Source: an uncultured Gemmatimonadaceae bacterium
GTDB lineage: Bacteria > Gemmatimonadota > Gemmatimonadetes > Gemmatimonadales > Gemmatimonadaceae
Assembly (NCBI GenBank): GCA_963829055.1
Contig: CAWHHI010000011.1
Span: forward strand, 32,001-96,000
Reading direction: 5' to 3'
DNA: 64,000 nt
In this document: one piece after another, positions 1-12,056 of the stretch
How positions within the stretch are numbered: position 1 is the stretch's first letter
How the letters are laid out: every line of letters begins with the position of its first letter
Notes under the pieces: model-generated
Seen by the model: the letters and a program-made list of their open reading frames with translations, nothing else
Databases searched by the model: none
Told to the model about the DNA's origin: nothing
Made by a program: the position numbers and the translations under genes

Positions 1-465
1 CCCGATCCGCGCCTTCACGATGATGCTGGTGCAAAAGATGATGCGGGCGCCGGAAATACTGGCGCGTCTCAGCGTCCGCGCCGGCGTCGAGGGCGCGATC
101 TTCGCCGTGTCGACGCTGGCCCTGCTCAGCCTGGCGATACTGCTGCATTTCTTCCCGGGTGCGCTCGGACGCAACGTCGCCGAAGCCGCGCCGCTGGTCG
201 TGCTGGCGATCCTGCGTGCCGGGACTGCGCAATCTGGTGGAATACCAGGCAGAGCTGCTGTTCGGCCGCGGCCTGATGCTGATCCGCGCCGTCAACCTGG
301 CGCTGCTCGCCGGGGTCAAGGCGGTGCTGCTGGCATGGCTGCTCGGCCGGGTCGGCAGACACGCACGATCTGGTGCTGGCCCTGAACGGGGTCTTTGCGG
401 CGATCTACCTCGCCTCGGCCCTGCTCAGCTACAGCGCGTTGCGCCTGCCGCCGAAGGCGGTATGA
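1..465 (+). CDS. 3' part of a polysaccharide biosynthesis/flippase-like membrane protein (5' truncated, frameshifted)
   Basis: Hydrophobic segments across ORFs 20..385 and 159..833, ending IYLASALLSYSALRLPPKAV* (TGA 463-465); sits next to glycosyltransferases. Confidence 0.5.
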
Positions 466-493
466 CGCGGTCTGCCGCGCCGGGCGTTCGCCG

Positions 494-1412
494 TCACGCT
501 CCGAGCAGACGGCGAATGCTCGAGACATCGGTGCCGATGAAGGACTGCATGCCGATCGCCACCTGCTCGGGCTTCGTCTCGGCAATGAAGGCGCTGATTT
601 CGTCATCGGAGTGCGGCTTGCCGAACCACTGCACATGGCAGAATTCCTCGGAGCCGTGGAAGTGGCCCGCGCCGCCGATGATCTCGTCGACGAAGCGGCC
701 ATACATGATGCATTCCGAGAACTTGCGCGTCGAGGCGACCGCTTCGACCCAATGCTTCGAATGCACTTCCTCGATGCGGCGGCACATCGCCTGCACCGTT
801 TCGCGCCGCCAGGCTATCAGCGTCGCAATGTAGTCGTGCGGCGACCGCAGCATGGGCGCGATGCCAAGCGCCGTCCCGGCATTCTCAGACCAGATCTTCT
901 GGTCACTGAGCGCCTCGGCGATACCCTCGTCACGGCGGAACAGCCGTACCAGGCCGTCGCGCCGGAAGACGCGGCAATCGAACGGCTTGATGAAGGCGAC
1001 GTCGGAATCGCAATAGACCAGGGCGCTCTGGCCGACATGCGCCGGCGATCGCGATGCGCCGGAGCTGCTGCACATGCCAGCCGCGCAGCGGCTGCGTCTT
1101 CAGGCTGAGCCATATCCGCCGTCTGAACAGGCTGAGCGGATCGTCGTAGGGGTGCAGCCAGCCAGGCAGCAGATCGCGCTCGCTGACGATGGTGCGGTCA
1201 CGCGTCTGCAACTGGCGAAACAGCGCGAGGTCGCGCTGCTCGACCAGAATGTAGTGGTGCGACGCGCCACTCACGAACCGGTCGATTGTTTCGCACAGCA
1301 GCCGGCAGCGTTCGAAATCCGGCGCGTAGCTTGCCGTGACGATCGCCGTCGTCCCGTCATCGGCGAGAAGCTCGGGCGCGCGGTCGGAATGCGGCACGAA
1401 GCGGCTGTTCAC
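494..1412 (-). CDS. DUF6492-like glycosyltransferase-associated protein (frameshift ~1040)
   Basis: AIVTASYAPDFERCRLLCETID...GWHVQQLRRIA joins YCDSDVAFIKPF (DxD motif) across two frames. Confidence 0.65.
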
Positions 1413-2203
1413 GGGCGGCTTTCCCTGACCGGGCCGCGCATGATCCACTGGCGCAGCACGCGCGCCAGGAAGACCGGGTTGCCGACGATGTAGCGGCGCC
1501 ACAGCCGGCCGGGTTCGGTGATCAGCCGGAACAGCCATTCGAGCCGCAGACGGCGGATGATCAGCGGCGCGCGCGGAATGGCGCCGCTCATGAAATCGAG
1601 CAGCGCGCCGACCGCCATCGGCACGGTGCAATGGCTCGATGTGATGTTCTTGGCGATCCAGAGTTCCTGGCGCGGCACGCCCATGGCGACCAGCAGGACG
1701 TCGGGCCGCAGCCTCTCGATGCGCTGCAGGATCAGCGGCTCTTCTGCCGGGCCGAAATAGCCGTCATGCGACCACGACGAAATTGTGCTGCGGCGCCATC
1801 TCGCTTGAATTTCTCGGCCGCCGCTTCGGCATTGGCGCGCTTGGCGCCGAGCAGGGCGATCGTCAGCGGCCGCGGCTCGGCAGCGAGGAAGGCCGGGATG
1901 AAATCGGTGCCGTTGAGATTGGCCGGAAAGGTCTCGCCGTAGAGCAGCTTGGCCGCGATGTCGACGCCGATCCCGTCGGCCAGGATGAGAAAATCGCGCA
2001 GCGCCTCGGCAAACTGCGGCTCGGCAAAGGCGACGTTGGCATTGTGCGCATTGAGAAAGCCGACCTTGGTGAAGCGGCGCTCGGCGATGAAGCCGCGCAG
2101 CAGCGCGATCGCTGTCTCCAGGTCGATGCTGGCGACCGTGATGCCGAGTATTTCCTTCCATGCGGGAACACCGGGCGTGCGGGCGAAGCGCATGCATGTT
2201 CAT
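1409..2203 (-). CDS. WecB/TagA/CpsF family glycosyltransferase (frameshift ~1780)
   Basis: Motifs FLNAH, LADGIG, NLNGTDF, HDGYF, VAMGVPRQELWI, VGALLDF, LEWLFRLITEPGRLWRRY. Confidence 0.9.
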   Translation of the reverse strand: MNMHALRPHARCSRMEGNTRHHGRQHRPGDSDRAAARLHRRAPLHQGRLSQCAQCQRRLCRAAVCRGAARFSHPGRRDRRRHRGQAALRRDLSGQSQRHRFHPGLPRCRAAAADDRPARRQARQCRSGGREIQARWRRSTISSWSHDGYFGPAEEPLILQRIERLRPDVLLVAMGVPRQELWIAKNITSSHCTVPMAVGALLDFMSGAIPRAPLIIRRLRLEWLFRLITEPGRLWRRYIVGNPVFLARVLRQWIMRGPVRESRP

Positions 2204-3375
2204 GCGTGTGCCCTTTCGCCCTGGTAGCCCAGCGCGCGCAAGCCGAGCCGCAGCTGACGGTCGAGCGCCTGGCGCTGGTCGCTGCGAAAGCGTCCGGCCT
2301 CGATGTCCCTTGCACCGAGTGCTGCCTCGCGCAGCGCGCGGCGAACTCGACCGGCTCGTCGGCGATGATGCAGTTTGCCGGAGGCGTCCCGATCCCGCGC
2401 AGCGAGCGCGAGGTCGCAACGGCCGGCAGGCCGAGCTCGAAGGTCTCGATGGTCTTCAGCTGGACGCCGCTGCCGGCGCGGCTGACCAGCGCGACGACGC
2501 GGCCGCTGCAGCACGAACTCGATCGCATCGTCAACGCGACCGACAAAGCTGACGCCGGGATGGGCGCTGCCGATGCCGGACGGTACCTTGCCGGCAATGG
2601 CGATGCGGAACTCATCCGGCAGATGCGGCACGACTTTCTCGAGAAACCACTCGAGGCCGATGCGGTTCGGCTGCCACGTCCAGGTGCCGATCAGCGCCGC
2701 GTCATAGGTCGGGCTGCGGTTCGCCGGCAGGCCACGCGGATCGAGGCCGGCGTCACAAGCGGCAAGCGCTGCCGACTTGCCCGGCGTGTCGACGCCGAGT
2801 GCGGCACGGTCTTCGTCGGCCAGCGTGAAGACGAATGCGGCCTTGTCGCACAGGCGCCGCTCGATGCGCTCGAGCAGCCGCGCCTCGCGGCGGAAGAGGT
2901 ATTTCTGGAAGCGGCCCGCGCGCCGCAGCGGCGTTCTCCTCGGCCGAGCGGAATTCGACATTGTGCGCGACGAAGATGGACGGCTTGATCGTCGAACAGG
3001 CCTTCGAACGCGCCGGCGAACTGGACCGAGTTGAGGACGTAGCCGTCGAACGGCCCGATGGCCTCAATGCGGCGCGCAGCCGGTCGCGGCTGACGGCGCG
3101 AAGCTTCACCGACGAGAAGGTGACGCCCTCGAACACGGCGCGCGCCAGCCAGGCCAGCTTCTGCAGCGCCGAGGCACTGTCGGTGCGCACGTCCACCGAA
3201 CCGAGCACGACGGTGTGGTCGGGATCGCCGGCGCCTTGCCCGGCCAGGTGAAGCCGAGCACGGTGACGCGGATGCCGGCACGGCGCAACGCGTCGATGAT
3301 CGCGGCGTTGGCGATCTCGTAGCCGGTCGCGGGCGCCCCGTCCGGCACGATCGATGTCGCGAAAACCAGATGCAT
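2200..3375 (-). CDS. GT-B (family 4-like) glycosyltransferase, several frameshifts
   Basis: MHLVFATSIVP..., AHNVE, IGTWTWQPNRIGLEWF, FVGRVDD, GSGVQLKTIETFELGLPAVAT found in successive frames. Confidence 0.75.
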
Positions 3376-3599
3376 CTCACCTGTCCTGCGCCTCGCGGGA
3401 TAGCAAAGCGCGGTGAAGTGTTGCTAAGCGCAGCCCCTCGGCGCGCCACGCTAGGCAGCCGGAGGGCTGCGGCGCAGCACGAAGCGCGGACCTGCTTAAC
3501 AGCCGGTCAATGCCGGCATTCAAATTGGGAGCAATCTGCCCAGGCCGGGCGGCGGGACCCTCAGGCGGCGGTTCGCACCTGACCCGGGCGGCATCCGCC

Positions 3600-4190
3600 A
3601 GAAATGCAGATCGGGATTGGCCGCTCGCCGGCAGCTTCGACATGATTGCCGCAGGCATCTTCCTGGTCGATGCGATCGGACGCATCATTCACGCGCAATG
3701 CCAGCGGCCATATGATGGTAGCGAGGCCAACGTCCTGCGCGCGGCGAACGGCAAGCTCGGGATAATCGACTCCAACAGGCCGACCAGGCACTGCGCGACA
3801 GTTTCATCGCGGCGGCAGGCGGTGACGCGGCGCTTGGCCGCAAGGGCATCGCCGTGCCGCTTCGGGCGCGCAACGGCGAGCGCTACGTTGCGCACATACT
3901 GCCGCTGACCTCGGGGGCACGGCGCAAGGCGGGCATGTCCTATTCGGCGGTAGCGAGCGTATTCGTGCGCAGGGATGTGCTCGATCCGCCGTCGGCCGCC
4001 GGAAGTGAAGGCCGAGCAGTGTTCAATTGACTGCCGCGTACCAGCGCGTACTGTCGGCAAAATCACGATCGGCGGAGTGCCCGAGGTCGCCGAGAACGCT
4101 GGGATCGCCGAAACAACGTAAGATTCCACGTGCGGCAGCTCCTCGAAAAACTGGACCAGCGCCAACGATCAGTTCCTTGGCCATGCGATC
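3600..4190 (+). pseudogene. Degraded PAS/LuxR-type HTH regulator remnant
   Basis: Fragments GIFLVDAIGRIIHAN, GIAVPLRARNGERYVAHILPL and C-terminal EVAENAGIAETTVRFHVRQL; no N-terminus; many frame breaks. Confidence 0.55.
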
Positions 4191-4202
4191 ACCCTTCGCC
4201 TT

Positions 4203-4412
4203 CTACCAATCCCAGCCAGCCTGCCTGAACAGAGACTTCAGCGTGCCGATCGGAAACTCCCGAACACCGGTGTCGACCGTAACCCTGCCGGGCTTGGTCG
4301 GGTGCGTGTACTGGAGATGATCGCCAGGGCCTTTGCGCTTCACGCGCCAGCCTTCCGCCTCCAGCCGCCTTATGACCTCGCGAGGCGTCATGGGCTTGTG
4401 TTTCGGCGCCAT
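4203..4412 (-). CDS. hicA: HicA family mRNA interferase toxin
   Basis: 69 aa: REVIRRLEAEGWRVKRKGPGDHLQYTHPTKPGRVTV...FPIGTLKSLFRQAG, typical HicA pattern with conserved His. Confidence 0.88.
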   Translation of the reverse strand: MAPKHKPMTPREVIRRLEAEGWRVKRKGPGDHLQYTHPTKPGRVTVDTGVREFPIGTLKSLFRQAGWDW

Positions 4413-4556
4413 CCGTCACCCGCTGTTGTGACAGTCTATCTATGTCTTACACAACGTTGTGTAAAGACGCACAGATGTCCATGGCCGTCAGGCTTAACCG
4501 ATCCTTTATCGGAAGCGGAGTGTTATCCGGGCAAACCGCGAGGCTCGCCGCAGCGC

Positions 4557-5556
4557 ATGATTCCCGTCCACGACCAGCCTGTGATCTCGACCGTCGCCCG
4601 CTCGCCCGGGCTGAGGACGGATGCGGTCGAGATCGTGGTGAGCCTGCCGACCTTCCGGCGTCCGGCGCAGCTGCTCGAAACGCTGGCCTCGCTGCGGGCC
4701 CAGGAAACGTCGCGCCGTTTCGCGGTGATCGTTATCGAGAACGAGGCCGAGAAGCGCGAAGGGGCGATCGCGGCAACGCCGTTGTTTCAGAGCGGTGCGC
4801 TCGAAGGGATGATCATCGTTGCGCATCAGCGCGGCAATTGCAGTGCCTACAATGCCGGCTGGGAGACGGCGCTGGCCGTGTTCCCGGCGTTCTCCCGGCT
4901 GCTGGTCATCGACGACGACGAGCTCGCCGACCCGCATTGGCTGGAGCGGATGTGCGCCGCTGCCGAGCGCTTCCGGGCCGACATCGTCGGCGGCCCGCAG
5001 GTGCCTGTGTTCCCGGCAAACAGCGACCGGCGGCTCGCCGCCCACCCGGTCTTCGCGCCGCCCTATCGGCAAAGCGGTCCGGTCGACGCGCTTTATTCCT
5101 CCGGCAATCTGCTGATCGGCCGCAATGTGCTGGTGGCAATGGGCGCGCCGTTCCTCGATCTGCGCTTCAACTTCATGGGCGGCGGCGATTCCGATTTCCT
5201 GAACCGGGCCGCCGTGAAGGGGTTCCGTCTCGCATGGTGCGCGGAGGCCCCCGTCATGGAGACCGTGCCGGCGCGCCGGCTGCAGGCCGACTGGATCCGC
5301 TCGCGCAGCCTGCGCAACGGCGTCATCTCGACCCTGGTCGAAAAGAAGAAGCGCGCGGCCTCGCGCGCCGGCAATCTGCGCGTCTTCGTCAAGAGCCTGG
5401 CGCTGCTCGCCGCCTCGCCGCTGCGCGGCTCTCGTGCGCCTGGCCAGCACCGGCTCGCCGTCCAACGCCATCTATCCCGTCTATGTCGCGATGGGCCGCG
5501 TGCTCGCGGAGTTCGGTTACGCGAATGAGCAGTACCGGCAGCCTGAAAAGAACTGA
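4557..5556 (+). CDS. Glycosyltransferase family 2 (ExoM-like); 3' frameshift
   Basis: SLPTFRRP, IDDDE, SSGNLLI, GGGDSDF motifs; likely true end YANEQYRQPEKN*. Confidence 0.85.
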
Positions 5557-6851
5557 CGGCGTCTGGCTGGCCGAGGTCTTCCCGGCAGCAAGGGTCGCCA
5601 CGATCCTGGCGGCGATCCTTTTGACGACAGTGATCGTTTCGTTCCGGCCGTTCCAGCCGGGCGGCGCCGAGCCATCGCCGGAGGGCGGCGGCGATATCGT
5701 CAACCAGCTCGGCTTCAGCCTGCTCGGCGGCCTCGCCCTGTTCGCCATGCTGGCCTTCGCCAGGCCGCGGGTGATCGCGGTGTTCTTCAGTCCGTGGTGG
5801 CTGCTGCTGCTCGCCTTCTTCGCGCTCTCGGTCGTCAACGCCGCCGATCCTTCAGCCGCCGCCCGCGCGGCCTTCTTCACGGTCATCGGCATCATCGCCA
5901 TCGTCGCCGTGCTGTCGCTGCCGCGCGACGCGGACGCGTTTTCGGCAGTGATCGCCTTTGCCGGCATCACCGTGGTGGTCGCCAGCTATGTCGGGATCAT
6001 TCTGTTGCCCGACATTGCGATCCACTCGGCCAACTCGGCCGAGCCGGAGCATGCGGGGCTGTGGCGCGGCCTGTTCGCGCACAAGAACCTGGCCGGACCC
6101 GTGATGGCATGCTTCAGCTTCGGCGGGCTCTATCTGCTGCGCCGGGGCTGGACCTATCGTCGGCATCTTGCTGCTGGTCGGCGCGCTGGTCTTCATGGCC
6201 AATACCGGCTCCAAGACCACGGCCGGCGCTGGTGCCGCTGACCATCATGGTGATCATGCTGCCCGGCCTGATCGGCATGCGGCTCGGTGACCATCGCGCT
6301 GTTTGCGCTGGCCATTGCCGGCACCGGCGTCGCGACGCTCGGAATCGTCTTCATCGAGCCGGTGAAGCAGCTCGCCCATAGCCTACTTTCCCGACCTCAC
6401 CTATACCGGGCGGGTGACGCTCTGGGAGTTCGCCGGCGACATGCTCGCGAAACATCCATGGTTCGGCTACGGCTATGACAGCTTCTGGGGCTCGAAGATG
6501 CTGCTCGACACCGACCAGCCCTTCGACCGCCCGTGGGACATCCGCACCATCGTGCACGGCCATGACGGCTATCTCGACATCGCGCTGGCGATGGGCATTC
6601 CGGCGTTGTGCGTGGCCGTGTTCGCCTTCCTCATCGAGCCGATGCGCGACTACCGGCGGATACCGCCGATCAAGGAGAACATCCGCCTCGGCGACTTCTT
6701 CATGATGGTGCTGCTGTTCACCGCGCTCAACGCCTTCCTCGAAAGCTTCTTCTTCCGGCGCGCCGACCCGGTCTGGCTGTTCCTGGTGTTCGGCGTTCTC
6801 GGCTTGAGACTGGTGGCGCGCTTTCCGATCCGCGCGCACCCCGCGCCATAG
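5525..6851 (+). CDS. O-antigen ligase/polymerase (Wzy-like) membrane protein, frameshifted
   Basis: Multi-TM; WRGLFAHKNLAG, TGSKT, TGRVTLW, HPWFGYGYDSFW, HGHDGYLD motifs. Confidence 0.85.
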
Positions 6852-6913
6852 CCGAACCCTTCCCGCAATCCGCCCGAACGGTCTATGTCGGAGCCGCGTC
6901 TGGAGGCTCGATC

Positions 6914-7732
6914 ATGTCGGTGTTGGTTGTTCTGGCCGGTTGCGGCAATATGGGTTACGCCATGCTTTTCGGCTGGCTGGAGTCGGCGAAGCTGCTGCCG
7001 TCGGAGGTCTTCGTCGTCGAGCCCAACGACGCTCTGCAGGGAGCGTGCCGCGAAGCTCGGCGCGGCGACGGCGGCAAGTGCAGCCGAACTGCCGGCGCAC
7101 ATGCAGCCGACCCTGGTGATCTTCGCCGTCAAGCCGCAGGTCATGCGCGACGTCGTGCCGGCCTATCGTGCGCTTGGCGCCAAGGGGCGCGACCTTCCTC
7201 AGCATCGCGGCGGGCATCGGCATTTCCGTGTTCGAGGATCTGCTCGGTGCGTCGGCGCCCGTCGTGCGCTGCATGCCGAACACGCCGGCGGCGATCGGCA
7301 AGGGGATGATGGTGGTCGTCTCCAACGCCAACGTGACAGACGCGGCAAAGGACTTCGTCACCGATCTCCTGTCTTCGAGCGGCACGGTCACCACGATATC
7401 GAGACGAAGGACTGATGGACGCGGTGACCGCAGTCTCGGGTTCCGGCCCGGCCTATGTCTTCCACTTCATCGAGGCGCTGACGGCGGCGGCGACACAAGC
7501 CGGCCTGCCCGCCGATACGGCGCGGCTGCTCGCCATGCAGACCGTCTACGGCGCCGCCTCGCTCGCCGCCGAGAGCAATGAGGACCCGGGCACGCTGCGC
7601 CAGCAGGTGACCAGCCCGAACGGCACCACGGCCGCCGCGCTCGGCGTGCTGATGGGCGAGGACCGGCTGACCAGGCTGGTCGGCGAGGCGGTCGAAGCGG
7701 CGAGGCTGCGGTCGATCGAGCTGGGGAAGTAG
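6914..7732 (+). CDS. proC: Pyrroline-5-carboxylate reductase (frameshifted)
   Basis: GCGNMG, FAVKPQ, SIAAG, RCMPNTPA, AVSGSGPAY, VTSPNGTT. Confidence 0.95.
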
Positions 7733-7823
7733 GGCGAGGGCTTCCGCCGGATAGGTCAGCCGGGACAGAAGGGGTGCGAAGTGACCGCGGCTTGTAAGAA
7801 CCTGCGACCAGTAACTGACCGCC

Positions 7824-9148
7824 CTACCCCACTGCGTTCAGCATCTGGTCCTGCCTCTGGCGCAGCGCGAAGAGCTTGGTCGTCGGGTCGGGCGAGGCGT
7901 TGCGGGTGGTCAGCAGTTCGCCCTTCTTGACCGGCTGCAGCACCTTGCCGCCTTCGAGCAGGCCGACCGGCACGGCGCGCTGGTCGCGGGCGTCGCCGAC
8001 CGTCATGGTGAAGCTGCGGTAGCAGGTCTCGCCGATCGCATCGAAGGTCTCGCCGACCGCGAGGTCGCGCTTGGCGACGGCGCAGACTTCGGCGACGGGG
8101 TCGGGCAGCGGCACCATGTCGGGCTTGCCGTAGAGCATGATGCGGGCGGCGGTCAGCGGCACTTCGAGCGAGGTCAGGTGATAGGGCCGGAAGAAGCTGT
8201 AATACGGGCCCTTGCCGACATGCAGGTCGTCCATGCGCTCGATGATGCGCGGATGCTCGGCCTCGACGATGACGAAGACGCCGGGCGCCACGCCCTTGCC
8301 GATGGTGAAGTCGACGACGCCCTTGCGGTGTCGAGGATGCCGCCATCCTCGCGCGGGATCAGCACCTTGACCATGTCGTCGCGGTCGGCGCTGCGGGCCG
8401 TGCATGCCCGGCACGTCGGGAACGAGGCCGGTGGCGTTGGCGATGGCCGCCATCTCGACCATGGTCTTGGAGCCGTCGACGAATTCGACCAGCATGCGCG
8501 GGTTCATGTTCCGGCGCGCCGCTTCCTCGCGATAGTCGTCGGGCACGGCGTCGTGGTTGAGCGGGTTGTTCTTGCCCTTGCCGGCCGACGACGATGCGGT
8601 AGCCGAGCGCCGAGGCGAACTCGATCAGCTCCATGCAGTCGACGGCTCGTCGCCGGCGCCGACCGAATAGATGACGCCGAGCCGGTCGGCCTCCTTCTTC
8701 AGGTAAGGCGCCGATGGTGACGTCGGCCTCGACGTTCATCATCACCAGATGCTTGCCGTGCTCCATCGCCATCAGGTCGAAGTCGGCGGCGACGCCGGGC
8801 TTGCCGGTCGCGTCGATGACGACGTCGATCAGCGGGTTGGCGACCAGCAGTCTCGGTGGAGGTGATGGCGATCTTGCCGGCCTCGATGGCCGCGGTGAGC
8901 TTGCGACGGGGTGTCGGCCTCGACGCCCGTGCGAGTCGTCGCCATAGGCGATGGCGATCGCCTCGCAGCGCGGTGTGCGGGCGACGGGTCGCGATGGCGC
9001 AGATCTCGATGCCGCGCATCAGCATGCCCTGGGTGACGAGGTCGGTGCCCATTTCGCCCGAGCCGATGACGCCGATGCGGATCGGACGGCCCTCGTCGGC
9101 GCGTCTGGCGAGGTCGCGGGCAAGGCCGGTGAGAGCGACATTGGTCAT
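7824..9148 (-). CDS. NAD(P)-dependent oxidoreductase (homoserine dehydrogenase-like) with C-terminal SAF domain, frameshifted
   Basis: GVIGSGEMG, MMNVEADVTIG, FVDGSKTMVEM, FRPYHLTSLE, AKRDLAVGETFDAIG. Confidence 0.85.
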
Positions 9149-9239
9149 GCAGGGTCCGTCGAAGGCTGATTGCGACCGCAATAGCAGGAAACGCGGCCGG
9201 CGTGTCAACGAAACGGCAGAGCCGGCGCCGACGCCGACC

Positions 9240-10450
9240 CTACCGCAATTCGGCGAGGACGGCCTCGGCCTTGGCCAGATTGGTTTTCGAGCCGGCAGCG
9301 AGCTCGGTCAGATCGTTGTCCTGGAAGACGACCAGCGCACTCTTGCAGGCGGCGATGGCCTCGTCGACCAGTGCCGCATCCTTGCGTAGCTTGCCGAGCT
9401 CGATGAGCACGTCGCACAGGCTGTCCTCGGTATAGGCGACGGCCGGCACTGCCTTGAGGTCGCGCTGCACGGCGACGGCGTCGCGCAGGATCGGCACGGC
9501 CTCCTCGAAGCGGGCGACGTTGTTCTCGCGCTTGCCGGCAATGGTGAGGTTGTAGCCGATTTCGTTCTGCAGTGACGCCCATCCGGCAGGATCCTCGTCG
9601 CGCGGCGTCGCCTCGAGCAACGCCCGGTAGGCAGCGACCGCCTCGTCGATCACCGCGGTCCCGGAATCCTTGGTCGGCGATCGCGCTCAGCAGCCGCGCC
9701 ACCTGGTCCTGACCGAACTGCCACTGCTCGGGCTGCGTGTCGCGCGTGCGAATGGCGAGGCCTGCGCGGTAGGCGATGACCGCCGCGCGCCAGCTGTCGG
9801 GATTGACGGTGCGATAGCCGAGCGTGCCGAGCACACCCCCGAGATTTGTCTGGACCATTGCGAAATGCTCAGGGTCGCTTGCCGCCGTATAGTGGGACAG
9901 AGCATTGCGGTAAGCCTCGACCGATTTCTCGAGTTCTGCGGTCCCCTCGCGGCGATTGCCGAGAAGTTGCAGCGCATTGCCGAGCGAGACCTCGATCTGG
10001 GCCCAGTCCGAAGGCTCGCTGTCGCGGGTGATCACTTCGGATGCCAGTTCGAGCGCCGTTGCCGAGCGCGCCAGCATGTCGACGTCGTCATGCGACTGGC
10101 CGAGTGAAGACAGCGCGTAGCCGAGATTCCATTGCATCGTCGCCCATCTCTCGGGATCCTGCTCGCGCGTGCGTTCGAGCAGCGATGCGTCATAGGCGGC
10201 GACCGCCTGCTGCAGCGCCTCTTCGCCGCCGTCTTGGTAGGAAAGCAGCATCCAGGCATTGCCGAGGTTGCCTTGCGTGACCGCCCAATCATGCGGCGCG
10301 CGTTCGCGCGTGCGCTGGGTCAGCGCGTCCTCGTAGGTGGCGATCGCCTTGCGCAGCGCCTGCGGGTCGCCGTTTTGCTCGCCGAGCGTGCGATAGACGG
10401 CGCCGAGATTGTTCTTGGTCGCGGCCCAGTCCAGCGGAGCATCTTCTCGT
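9240..10450 (-). CDS. TPR-repeat protein, C-terminal part (N-terminus lost at the apparent junction)
   Basis: Repeated ~45-aa units TRERAPHDWAVTQGNLG / TREQDPERWATMQWNLG / PSDWAQIEVSLG. Confidence 0.8.
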
Positions 10451-11006
10451 CCGGGTAGTTGAGGCGCTGACACAGCCGCAGCGCGCGCTGTGTGCCGCGC
10501 ACGGACGGCACAGAGCCCTCGGTCAACAACACGATGCGGTCCGCGGCGTCGAACGCCGTGAGCGTGCGTTCGTTCACGTGATGCTCGAGCTCCGCGACGC
10601 TCACCGAGAATCGCGCGCGCATTGCGTCCAGCGCGGTCATCACGGCCTTCGCGTCGCCAACCGCCGGCGCCAGTGGCCGCGTCATCGCGAACGTCCACAC
10701 CCCGTCCGTTCGCCGCACCATTGCCGAATCGGCTCCGGGGATATGGATCGCGACGCTCATCGCATCGTGGCTGTGAACGCGATCGCCTCGAGGGTCGAGC
10801 TCCGCCAGCGCAACGTCCTCCGCCATCACGGCTCGAAAGGCCAGCGACAGCGCCTCGGCTACTGTCGTCACGCCGACGTCGGGACGCGGCCCGTAGACCA
10901 CAACCAGCGCTCCGACGTTCTCGCCAGTGGGCTCGGCCTGCTCCGTCGAGGCCAATTCAACCGGCGTGATCCGACGCGTCGCGGTTGGAGAAGAACGCTC
11001 AGGCAT
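10437..11006 (-). CDS. CpaE/MinD-like degenerate P-loop protein, C-terminally truncated at the junction
   Basis: VVVYGPRPDVGVTTVA (degenerate Walker A), TLTAFDAADRIVLLTEGSVPSVRGTQRALRL. Confidence 0.6.
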
Positions 11007-11082
11007 TCGGCGGCATCGGGATCGAACTAGGGAAGTCAGCGTGCCGCCAGGGTTCGGGCGCGCCGTACGATAGGCAAAACAG

Positions 11083-11111
11083 AGGGCCGAGTCCAACTCC
11101 ACTCGGCCCCT
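11083..11111 (-). terminator. Hairpin downstream of the DUF3618 gene
   Basis: GGGCCGAGT-loop-ACTCGGCCC inverted repeat with an A-run nearby on the + strand. Confidence 0.5.
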
Positions 11112-11167
11112 GGAGAACGCTCAGCCGGCGAGGCCGGACAGTCCATGCGGCGTCGCGTGCTACGGAA

Positions 11168-11656
11168 TCAGTCGGCTCGCCCGAACGGCTGCGCGCCTGT
11201 CTCCGCCTGGTTCACGTACGTGTCGACAGGCGGTGTATTGCCGTAATTCCGTGCCGACTGCTGAGTACCGGCCCCATCGCCACCCTGTCTTGACGACTGC
11301 CCCGGTTGTGACGGCACACCGATCGACGCCTTGAGATCGTCCACGAGCGAGCCGACGCGCGACTGGAACGCGTCGTGGAGACCGCTCACGAGATTCGCCA
11401 CCACGTCGTCCAGCACGCCGCCGACTCGGGTGCTCGCGCCCCGCGTTGCGGCGACGGTCGCCGCAGCCGCTTTCACGTCCGTGCGCGATCCGCTGAGGAG
11501 TACTCCGGCACCGACGGCGAGTGCGATAGCGGGCCACGGATTGTCGCGAACGATCTGCTTGACGTTCAGCTTCTGCTCGAGTTGCTGAAGCGTCGACGAC
11601 ATTCGTTCGCGGGTCAGCTCGATGTCGCGCCGGACGTCAGCCGTTGTTTCAGCCAT
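11168..11656 (-). CDS. DUF3618 domain protein
   Basis: MAETTADVRRDIELTRERMSSTLQQLEQKL...NPWPAIALAVGAG; RBS AAGGAGG. Confidence 0.75.
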   Translation of the reverse strand: MAETTADVRRDIELTRERMSSTLQQLEQKLNVKQIVRDNPWPAIALAVGAGVLLSGSRTDVKAAAATVAATRGASTRVGGVLDDVVANLVSGLHDAFQSRVGSLVDDLKASIGVPSQPGQSSRQGGDGAGTQQSARNYGNTPPVDTYVNQAETGAQPFGRAD

Positions 11657-12046
11657 GCCGTGTCCTCCTTGAGCGTCGTGACCGTCTGGTCCGGAGCGAG
11701 CTGTCGTGGTGAGAGAAGCGTCCTGCCGCGAGACATGAAGAAGAACGCGAGGCCGCCTGCGAGTCGCGAAGACGATGAGTGCCGCGAGCCAGTAGCGATC
11801 ACGCAGCCACTGATCGCCACTCAGCAGAATCAGCCCAGTGAGCAGAGTAGAGACCGCCGAGCAGCAGCATGATGCTGCCGCTCGACGATGAGGGAAACAC
11901 CCGTCGTGATGCCGTGAAGGAGCTCGGTCAACTCGAGTCGCGCGAGCGCAGACTTCCTGCTTGATGAGCGACGAGCTGCCCTCGGCGAGCTCCCGGAGGA
12001 GCGCGCCGAGGGGAGGCGACTGGCCGTTCTGGACTCGAACGTCCAT
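11614..12046 (-). CDS. YqjE/'phage holin 3_6'-like membrane protein, frameshifted
   Basis: LGALLRELAEGSSSLIKQEV-LARLEL, two TM segments, LAPDQTVTTLKED. Confidence 0.7.
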
Positions 12047-12056
12047 GGCGTGTCAC

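Noticed and set aside
11614..12046. Prophage, suggested by the 'phage holin' family gene
   Set aside because: It lies in the common DUF883-YqjE-DUF3618 chromosomal operon; no phage genes are nearby.
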